20,156 nt of DNA from Chthoniobacteraceae bacterium. Its GTDB lineage: Bacteria > Verrucomicrobiota > Verrucomicrobiia > Chthoniobacterales > Chthoniobacteraceae. The translations under genes were made by a program, and so were the position numbers. The notes beneath the pieces were generated by a model. It ran no database searches, had not been told where the DNA came from, and was given only the letters and a program-made list of their open reading frames with translations. The stretch spans positions 1-20,156 of the forward strand of contig JBEBGD010000100.1 in NCBI GenBank assembly GCA_040081625.1, written 5' to 3'. Every line of letters starts with the position of its first letter. Within the stretch, counting starts at the first letter, position 1. This document shows, in pieces, positions 7,611-14,936 of the stretch.

Positions 7611-9188
7611 TCAGTTGGTGGACGGTTTCGGCGGCGCTGCGGCTTTCTCAGGAACCGCGGAGGCGGCATCGAGTTGCCCGAGAATCTTGTCCAGTTGCTT
7701 CGAGGCTTCGTCGAAACGCTGCTCGCGCATCAGCTTTTGAAATTCCTGCATCAGCGGCGCCACGGTCTGCATCACGCGCGCACCACCTTTTTCCATGTGA
7801 TCGCGCAGTTGCGGGATCTTCGCCTGAATCTCGCGGTGCCTGTCTTCCGGCGCCGCGGCGCCCGCGGCGGTCGGGGAGGTTTGCTCCGCCTTGGCGGGCG
7901 TGCCGATGATGCTGAAGCTTACCGGGCCTTTCCAATCCACGTGCCGGCCAGCGGGGAGATTCGCGACCTCGGGGCCGCGACCGATCGCGCCCGGCAGACC
8001 CCCTGGATTCCACATGAGCCGCTCGTCGCCGTCGCCGCGCAGCAGCAGACTGACGAGGCGGTCGTTCTCGATTCGCGCGAACCCGCGCCACGTGAGCTGC
8101 ACGTCGTTCTCAAATCCCGCCCCGTCGCCCTGCCTGCGCTCCGTCTTGACGGAGCCATGCGACTCGCCGGTGATGCGATACCAGCCGGGATGCCCGCCAG
8201 CGGTTTCGATATCGAAGGCCACATCCTTGTGATCGCTCGTGGCGCCCGCCGGATTGTTGAACGGGTTCACATCGAGCATGCCCATGTAGGCATACGTGAC
8301 CCACTGCCGCGCGACTTGATCCGGCACCCGCACGCGCTTCCCGTCGGCCTTGTTCACGGCTTCCAGAAGTTGTCGCTGCGTGCCCGGAGTGATGACGAAA
8401 CGATCCTGCGAATAATCCTCCTGATTGACCGTGTCTCCGGTCAGTCTGCCTTCCTCGATGACGCGCCGTCCGGCGACTTTCGCGATCAGCGTGCCGGGTT
8501 CGTAGATCGAATCCGCGGGGCAGCGAACCGTGTCGTCGTGCCCGCCGCCTTTCGGGACAGTCACCGTGTGGGCGGCTACGTCGTCGCGTTTCGATCCGGG
8601 GAAGCGTTGGTAGCGTTCGGTCATGAACGGCGCGGAGTTGTCGGGATGCACAGCGAAACGCTGCCGCGCGTGATCGAGAAACTTCAGCACCGACGCGTCG
8701 TCATCGAACATCAGCACCCAATCGAGCACCTGCCCGTCGGCGTTGAGCACGGCGATGCCCTGCGGCGCGGGACCCGACTTGCCGATCGCGCGCAGTAACT
8801 CGTTTTCGAGCCCCGCCGCCGGGCGGTGCATGTTTCCCGCCGCCACCGACACGGCGACGAAATCGGACTGCACACGACGGATGACTTCGGAGTTGGAGAA
8901 GACCGCCTCACGGGCGGCACCAGCGAAGACTCAACAGCGCTCTTCTGCCGGGTCGGAATTGATGAAGGCCCAAAGCAGGATGGGCTTCTTCTCCGCGCGC
9001 GCTTTGGCGATGCCGTCGAGCAGGCAGTAGTTCCAGTCGATCTCGCGCCAGACGAGTTTCGGCGGTTGAAGTGCGAGCAGTTCCGCGCGCAGCGCCTCGG
9101 GCGAATCGGCGGAGCGAAGCGCGCCGGCGGAACCGATCAGAGCGAGGGCGAGCGCGAGTGTGGAATTGCGGGAGGAGGATGTGCTCAT
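7611..9188 (-). CDS. Putative exported selenoprotein with thioredoxin-like (SelN-like) domain, 525 aa, Sec86 encoded by in-frame TGA at 8933-8931
   Basis: ATG 9188 gives signal peptide MSTSSSRNSTLALALALIGSAGALRSA, then WREIDW...AKARAEKKPILLWAFINSDPAEERC-TGA-VFAGAAREAVFSNSEVIRRVQSDFVAVSV. This continues in frame, with no other stop, into track ORF 7611..8873 (PQGIAVLNADGQVLD). A SECIS-like hairpin follows the TGA. Confidence 0.8.
8900..8933 (-). promoter_or_regulatory. Putative bacterial SECIS element
   Basis: mRNA UGA GUCUUCGCU GG U GCCGCC CGUGA GGCGGU CU. Stem GCCGCC/GGCGGU (8918-8913 / 8907-8902) can extend by GG/CU around a bulged U. Loop G and U fall at positions 23 and 24 counting the U of UGA as 1. 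Confidence 0.7.
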
Positions 9189-9551
9189 GGTTCGTCGCAG
9201 GATTAGTGGCGCGCGCGGCGGTTTATATGACAGGGCGCGCAGGATCGGCGAGCCAGTTCGAACGTGTGTAGTCGCGGAAAGAATTACGCGCATTCTGCGC
9301 CGCCTCGGCGTGCTCGAGGCGCAGGCGGAGCGGAGAATCCCACTTGACGCCCGTGGGCGAAATTGGTGAAACGCGGGCCGGCCCGCGATCCCATCGTGGA
9401 CACCGTCACCTCCATGCGGAGCTTGGACCCTTCGCCTGCAGCGATGCGGGCGGGGATGGAGGCGTTCGTGACGTGGGACGCGGTGAGGTAGGTGGTGGAA
9501 ATCTTTGCTCGCGCCAAAGTTCGCGGGCGGTAGTTTCGCGGCCCTTTTTCC

Positions 9552-10433
9552 ATGACCGCCACCAATCAACTCCGCCTCGGTCTGCCGTCGGGCAGTTTGC
9601 AAGAGCCGACCTTTGCACTGTTCGCGAAGGCCGGGTTCAACATTTCGGGCGCGAGCCGCTCGTATAAGCCCGCCGTCGATGACCCGGAACTGGTCGTGCG
9701 GCTGCTGCGGGCGCAGGAGATTTCGCGCTACGTCGAGCACGGCTTTCTGGATGGCGGCATCACCGGCAAGGACTGGATCGCGAACAACGGCTCGGACGTG
9801 GCGGTGCTCGCGGAGATGACTTTTTCCAAGGTGAGCAAGAACCCGACGCGCTGGGTGATCGCGGTGCCGGAGGATTCGCCGATCCGCACGGTGCAGGATC
9901 TCGCGGGCAAGTGCATCGCGACCGAAGCGGTGCCGCTGACCGAGCGCTATCTCGCCGAGCATGGCGTGAAGGCGACCGTGGAGTTTTCGTGGGGCGCGAC
10001 GGAGGTGAAGGTGCCGGACCTCGTGGATGCGATCGTGGATGTGACCGAGACGGGGTCTTCGCTGCGCGCGAACAAGCTGCGCATCCTCGCGACGATCATG
10101 GAGTCGTCGCCGCAGTTCATCGCGAACAAGGCGGCGCTGGCCGATCCGTGGAAGAAGCAGAAGCTCGACAAGATGGTGCTGCTGCTGAAGGGCGCGTTTG
10201 CCGCGCGGGACAAGGTCGGCCTGAAGATGAACCTGCCCGAGGCGCGGCTCGCCGAGCTTCTCAAGGCGCTGCCGGCGCTACGCAACCCGACGATCGCGCA
10301 TCTCGCGACGCCGGATTGGGTCGCGGTGGAGACGATCATCGACGAGGCGGTCGTGCGCGAAATCATCCCCCAACTCAAGGAACTGGGCGCGGAGGGGATC
10401 ATCGAGTATCCGCTGAATAAGCTCGTGTATTGA
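9552..10433 (+). CDS. hisG: ATP phosphoribosyltransferase, long form
   Basis: [65 protein letters not shown], and a C-terminal regulatory domain (LPALRNPTI...[12 protein letters not shown]). Confidence 0.97.
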   Translation: MTATNQLRLGLPSGSLQEPTFALFAKAGFNISGASRSYKPAVDDPELVVRLLRAQEISRYVEHGFLDGGITGKDWIANNGSDVAVLAEMTFSKVSKNPTRWVIAVPEDSPIRTVQDLAGKCIATEAVPLTERYLAEHGVKATVEFSWGATEVKVPDLVDAIVDVTETGSSLRANKLRILATIMESSPQFIANKAALADPWKKQKLDKMVLLLKGAFAARDKVGLKMNLPEARLAELLKALPALRNPTIAHLATPDWVAVETIIDEAVVREIIPQLKELGAEGIIEYPLNKLVY

Positions 10434-10502
10434 AAAATGCCGTTTGCTGAGGGCTGGGCACCGTGCTTCTCTCCGCCCCCCTTAACCGCACACTTCCCAC
10501 AA

Positions 10503-10607
10503 ATGGGTTCCATCAAGAAGAAGAGAAAGTCCAAAATCGCAAACCACAAACGCCGTAAGCGCCGTCGTGAAAACCGGCACAAGAAGCGTTTGCGCTACAA
10601 GAGCTGA
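10503..10607 (+). CDS. Small basic protein, AURKAIP1/COX24 (DUF1713) family, ribosomal protein bS22/mS38-like
   Basis: Below the ORF-track size cutoff. Manual translation MGSIKKKRKSKIANHKRRKRRRENRHKKRLRYKS* (34 aa) has the MGS-x-K-K-R...K...HK..RK pattern of bS22. Fits between hisG and the TPR gene. Confidence 0.85.
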   Translation: MGSIKKKRKSKIANHKRRKRRRENRHKKRLRYKS

Positions 10608-10625
10608 CGCGTAGCGTGCGCGCCG

Positions 10626-12584
10626 ATGAAACTGCTCCGCATCGGATTTCCAAAGTGGTCCGGGGCTCTCATCTGCGTATCGATCGCGCTCTGCGACGCC
10701 CATGCGGCGCCGCGCGCGACACCTGTGCCGGCGGGGAAAAAGGCGGCAACAGCGAAGGCCAAGGCGCCGGCTAAACCCACGCCTGCGAAGGCGACCCCTG
10801 CGAAGACGACAGCAGGGAAGCCAACGCCTTCCAAATCGACTCCTGCGAAGGCGACCGTCGCGAAGCCCGCGCCGGTCAAGCTCGCCACGCCCGCGCCCGA
10901 GAGCGCGCCGCGGCCGGATGAGTTTGCGGATGCATATCCTGGCGGCAGCAGGGTGGAGTCGGCGGATCTCGCGCTGACGGAGGAGGCCGCTCGCAAGGCG
11001 GACGCGCTCGCCACTTTCGCGCGCGGAGTCGTGGCCGAGGACAACGCGGAGACGGACGCGTCGATCGAGGCTTTCAAGAGGACGCTCGCGCTCGACCCCG
11101 GGCATACGGACCTCGCGCTGAAGGTGGCTTACGAACTCGCGAAGCGAAACGACGCGCCCGGCGGCATCCAGGTGCTCAAGGACGCCGCGAAGGCCGCGCC
11201 GAAGGATCCGCGGCCGCCGGTGTATCTCTCGCAGCTTTACGCGAAGTATCTCAAGAAGTCCGACCTCGCGCTCAAATACGCCGAGCAGGCGATCGCGGTC
11301 GATCCGAACCAGTTCGCCGGCTACCTCGCGCTCTACGAACTTCACGCGGCGGCCGGACAGGGGAAGAAGGCGGAGGAAGTCATCGAGCGCGCCAGCGCGG
11401 TGAAGAGCACGGATGCGAAATTCTGGGTGCAGCTCGGCGACCTGACGACGCGGCTTTATCTCAAGGAGGATGGCACCTCGGAGCCCGCGAAGCTCGAGCG
11501 GATGAACAGCCTCTACCGCCGCGCCGCGGAGCTTGGCCGCGACGACGCGGCGATCCAGGCGAAGGCCGGCGACTACTTCGTGCTCAGCCGGCAGGTGAAG
11601 GAGGCGATCCCGTTCTACCTCGCCGCGCTTCGCGGCGCCGGGAACAGCGACGAGCCGGCGCTGGGTAATCTGCGCGAGAAGCTGGCGCGTGCGTTTCTCA
11701 TCACCGAGGACAAGGATCGCGCGATCGAGATGCTCGAGGCGATCGTGGCCGAGCAGCCGATGCGGTTCGAGACCTACGAACTGCTCGGCGAAATCTACCA
11801 GCAGAAGGGCGACATGGAGCGGGCGTTGCAAAACTTCGAGCAGACGCTCCTGCTCGATGGGTCGAGCGCGGAGAATTACCTGCGGCTGGCCGATCTCTAC
11901 CTCAAGCTCAAGCGCTCCGACAAAGCGGTGGACACGATGCGCCAGGCCCGCGCGAAGTTTCCCGATGTGCCGCAGATCGGCGTGAGTTTCGCGGTGACGC
12001 TCAGCCAGGCCAAGCGGCACACCGAGGCGATGACTGTTTTCGCCGAGGTGAAGGTGGATGCCGATCGGAACAACTCCGAGATCCTGAACGCGAAATTTTA
12101 CCTCCAATACGGAGCGGCGGCCGAGCAGGCGGACTTGATCGACAAGGCTGCGGAGTTGCTGCGCGAGAGCATTCGGCTCGATCCTGGCAATTCGGCGGAA
12201 GCACGCAATTACCTCGGCTACATGTGGGTGGACCGCGACCTGAACCTCGATGAAGCGGGCGAGTTGATCCGCAAGGCGCTCGAGACCGACCCCGACAATG
12301 GCGCCTTCATCGACAGCCTAGGATGGTTCCATTTTAAGAAGGGCGAATACGAGCGAGCGCACAAGGAACTGCTGCGCGCGCTGGAAAACTTGAAGGAGGA
12401 AGATCCGGTGATTCTCGATCACCTCGGCGAAGCCTCCCTTGCGCTGGGCCGGACTGCGGACGCGCTGAACTACTGGCAGAAGTCGCTCGCGATCGACCCG
12501 ACCCCGAAGGTGCGCGAGAAGCTCGAAGCCGCGAAGCAGAAGATCTCGAAGTCCGCGGCGCCTGCGCGGGTCGAGGAGAAGTAG
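10626..12584 (+). CDS. Exported tetratricopeptide-repeat protein
   Basis: 652 aa: signal peptide, Lys/Pro/Ala/Thr-rich linker, many TPR-like helical repeats, and the C-terminal motif NYLGYMWVDR...PDNGAFIDSLGW...DPVILDHLGE common in Gram-negative envelope TPR proteins. Confidence 0.9.
   Translation: MKLLRIGFPKWSGALICVSIALCDAHAAPRATPVPAGKKAATAKAKAPAKPTPAKATPAKTTAGKPTPSKSTPAKATVAKPAPVKLATPAPESAPRPDEFADAYPGGSRVESADLALTEEAARKADALATFARGVVAEDNAETDASIEAFKRTLALDPGHTDLALKVAYELAKRNDAPGGIQVLKDAAKAAPKDPRPPVYLSQLYAKYLKKSDLALKYAEQAIAVDPNQFAGYLALYELHAAAGQGKKAEEVIERASAVKSTDAKFWVQLGDLTTRLYLKEDGTSEPAKLERMNSLYRRAAELGRDDAAIQAKAGDYFVLSRQVKEAIPFYLAALRGAGNSDEPALGNLREKLARAFLITEDKDRAIEMLEAIVAEQPMRFETYELLGEIYQQKGDMERALQNFEQTLLLDGSSAENYLRLADLYLKLKRSDKAVDTMRQARAKFPDVPQIGVSFAVTLSQAKRHTEAMTVFAEVKVDADRNNSEILNAKFYLQYGAAAEQADLIDKAAELLRESIRLDPGNSAEARNYLGYMWVDRDLNLDEAGELIRKALETDPDNGAFIDSLGWFHFKKGEYERAHKELLRALENLKEEDPVILDHLGEASLALGRTADALNYWQKSLAIDPTPKVREKLEAAKQKISKSAAPARVEEK
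10773..10877 (+). repeat. Degenerate 15-nt coding tandem repeat (7 x K-x-T-P-A-like)
   Basis: Encodes KPTPA KATPA KTTAG KPTPS KSTPA KATVA KPAPV. The DNA unit cctgcgaaggcgacc recurs at 10782 and 10842. Confidence 0.75.
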
Positions 12585-12612
12585 CGGCTGCCGCCTGGTG
12601 GACGGGGCGAAC

Positions 12613-13416
12613 TTATAAGGCGGACGGACGGGGCGTCGGCGTCGCGCGGACTGGAATCGGAGTCGGAGTCGGTGCGTCCGGCTTCTTCTCTTCCTTCGGC
12701 TTCGTCTCCTTCTTCGGATTGAAGAGTTCCTGCGCGCCGGGGAAGTTCTGCATTCGATCGGTCATCTCCAGGTCGTGCATGATGTCCCGGACGATCGTGC
12801 TGGCGGGTGGACTCGTGAGCAGTGAGCTCTCGTCGAACTCGGCGATCGGTCCGCCGAACTCCCAGAGCTTGCCACCGAGCGCAGTGGCCGGATCGAAGCG
12901 CGCGACGGTGATCGTGCCGTCGGCGTTCCGGCGGGCGAAGTAACCGGCCCCGACCTTCTGGCCCGAGGGGACGAGCGTCACCTCGCCCTCGAGGATCGCG
13001 ATCAAGTTGTCCGCCACTTTGCCGATCGTGCCGGTGATCGACGCCGTCATCGAAGCGGTCCGCAGCGTGCCGCCGCCGACGCCTTTCGGGATGTAAAAAA
13101 TCAGCGAGCCGTGCGCGAGCGTGAGCGTGCGGGTGGAGGCCTCGAAAGTGAAAACCGTGTTCTGGCCGATGCGCACGATCGAGCCGTCGTCGTATTTGAG
13201 TTCCGCGCGCGCGTCGGTCTCGGTGAGCAGGTAAGACTGCGCCTTGACCACATCGCCGCTTTGCGCCGGTCGGTGGGCGCCTTCGGCCGCGCGACCGTAG
13301 CTGACCTTGTTTTGCAGCCGGGTGACGGTCGCCTGCGAATAAGGCACGCCCTTCTCGGCGAAAGCCGCGGCGGAAACGCAAAGCGAGGCGAGTAGAATGC
13401 GGAGCGGGCTTGGCAT
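12613..13416 (-). CDS. Exported FecR-domain protein with Pro/Thr-rich tail
   Basis: From ATG 13416: signal peptide MPSPLRILLASLCVSAAAFA, FecR motifs LLTETDARAELKYDDGSIVRIGQNT, LAHGSL, TASITGT, ILEGEVTL, and tail APTPTPIPVRATPTP. The track start 13485 would overlap the upstream gene. Confidence 0.85.
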   Translation of the reverse strand: MPSPLRILLASLCVSAAAFAEKGVPYSQATVTRLQNKVSYGRAAEGAHRPAQSGDVVKAQSYLLTETDARAELKYDDGSIVRIGQNTVFTFEASTRTLTLAHGSLIFYIPKGVGGGTLRTASMTASITGTIGKVADNLIAILEGEVTLVPSGQKVGAGYFARRNADGTITVARFDPATALGGKLWEFGGPIAEFDESSLLTSPPASTIVRDIMHDLEMTDRMQNFPGAQELFNPKKETKPKEEKKPDAPTPTPIPVRATPTPRPSAL

Positions 13417-13454
13417 GAGCGTGGGCGCTTCTTTGCGGGCGGCGGAACGCGCCG

Positions 13455-14936
13455 TCAAGGAGCCAACGCACACCAATGCCGCCACATCTCGCGATACGCG
13501 TTCTCGATGCCGCGTGCGAAACGTGGCGCGTCCATGAGCGGCGACGCGCTCATCTTCGCCCGCAAACCGGCTCGCAGCGCGGCAAGTCGCGGGAGGTCGC
13601 GCGAGAGATCGACGGCGATCCGCACGTAATCCTCCTCATTGCGCGCGGCGAGTTCAGGGAGGCCGGCGTTCTTCAGGATACTGAGTCCGCCGCGCGAGAT
13701 CGGCGTCGGGCCGGCGAGGCTCACCACGGGCACGCCCATCCAAAGCGCCTCGCACGAGGTGGTGTGGCCGGGGTAGGGGAACGTATCGAGCGCGATGTCG
13801 AGTTGGTGATGCATCGCGAGATACGCGGCGCGCGGCAGCCGCGGGACGGCTTCCATTCGCGGATGATCGAGCCGCGAGCCGCGTGCGAGCAATCGCGCGC
13901 CGGGCAGCGCGTCGAGCACGCGACTCCACAAGGCGAGCACGCGATCGTTCACCTTCGCGGGGTCGTTCAGGCAGCCGAAGGTCACGCGACCGCTCTCCTT
14001 CGCCGGGAGCGGGCCGACCGCCGGCGCGTCGTCGAGCGGATCGAAGCACCAGTAGGTATCCGGCAATGTGAACGCATCGGCCCCGACGGCTCCGAGATGC
14101 GGATCGGTGAAGTAATGATCGATCGCCCCGACGCCGGTGCTCGCAGGGTAGCCGGCGAAGCTCACCTGCACCGGCGCCGGCTTGTGCGCGAAGACGGGCA
14201 GGCGATTGCGCGCGAGGTGTTGCGTGAGATCGACGAGCACGTCGATCCGTTCGCGCCGGATCACCCCGGCGAGTTGCTCGTGGGTGAGATGCGCCACGTC
14301 GTGCCACTGCGAAGCGAGCGCGCGGAAGCGGGCGGTGATCGCATCGGCGGCGGTGACGTCGGAGAAGCAGACCACCTCCACGGCGGCGCGATCGTGTTCG
14401 CGAAGCAACGGCAGCACATTCCGGCCGATGACGTGGTCGCGGAAGTCCGGCGACACGTAGCCGACCCGCAGGCGACGGTCAGGCGAGCGATCGTTACCGT
14501 GTGGCTGGGTCAGCGGCACGGCGTGGTGCCGGTTCCATGCTCGCAACTCGGCGTCCATTTCCTCCGGTGTGAGCGTGGGATGAAACAGCGCGGTGAAGAT
14601 GAGATTGCTGCGGACCTCGGGGCGGTGCGGCTCGCGCTCGAGCGCCGCGCGAAAACAATTCATCGCCTCATCGAATCGCCCCTGCGCGCGTCGCAGGAGG
14701 CCGATGTTGTTGTTCGCCATGAAATCTCCGGGCCGCAGCCGCAGCACCGTCTCGAATGCCGTGCATGCCTCGTCTTCGCCGCCCGATTGCGCGAGCACGA
14801 TGCCGAGGTTCAACCACGCGTCGGCGTGCGCGGGATCGAGCGCGACGAGTTGCCGGTAGAGCGAAGCCGCCTCGCCGTAGCGGCCCGCGCGGTGATGCGT
14901 CAGCGCGACGTCGAAGGCCTGCCGCGGAGTCAGCAT
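13455..14936 (-). CDS. TPR-containing GT41 (SPINDLY / O-GlcNAc transferase family) glycosyltransferase
   Basis: From ATG 14936 (MLTPRQAF): about 3 TPRs, then RLRVGYVSPDFRDHVIG, PAPVQVSFAGYPASTG, TFGCLNDPAKVN and DIALDTFPYPGHTTSCEALWMGVPVVSLAG. Start overlaps the dop stop (TGATG). Confidence 0.9.
   Translation of the reverse strand: MLTPRQAFDVALTHHRAGRYGEAASLYRQLVALDPAHADAWLNLGIVLAQSGGEDEACTAFETVLRLRPGDFMANNNIGLLRRAQGRFDEAMNCFRAALEREPHRPEVRSNLIFTALFHPTLTPEEMDAELRAWNRHHAVPLTQPHGNDRSPDRRLRVGYVSPDFRDHVIGRNVLPLLREHDRAAVEVVCFSDVTAADAITARFRALASQWHDVAHLTHEQLAGVIRRERIDVLVDLTQHLARNRLPVFAHKPAPVQVSFAGYPASTGVGAIDHYFTDPHLGAVGADAFTLPDTYWCFDPLDDAPAVGPLPAKESGRVTFGCLNDPAKVNDRVLALWSRVLDALPGARLLARGSRLDHPRMEAVPRLPRAAYLAMHHQLDIALDTFPYPGHTTSCEALWMGVPVVSLAGPTPISRGGLSILKNAGLPELAARNEEDYVRIAVDLSRDLPRLAALRAGLRAKMSASPLMDAPRFARGIENAYREMWRHWCALAP

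Noticed and set aside
991..8798. Long alternative-frame ORFs (991..2625, 2285..3646, 3834..5156, 4025..5410, 6124..7740, 7587..8798)
   Set aside because: All overlap better-supported genes and are Arg/Ala-rich without motifs, as expected from stop-codon scarcity in high-GC DNA.
9396..9491. 31-codon ORF (GTG...TAG) upstream of hisG as a his attenuator leader peptide
   Set aside because: Contains no His codons and is not followed by a terminator with a U-tract.
9189..9962. N-terminal extension of track ORF 8931..9962 (-)
   Set aside because: Overlaps hisG antisense and is Arg/His-rich shadow sequence. Protein-like sequence with a signal peptide starts at ATG 9188.
12585..12612. Intrinsic terminator between the convergent TPR and FecR genes
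   Set aside because: Only a weak CGCC/GGCG pairing and no U-tract on either strand.
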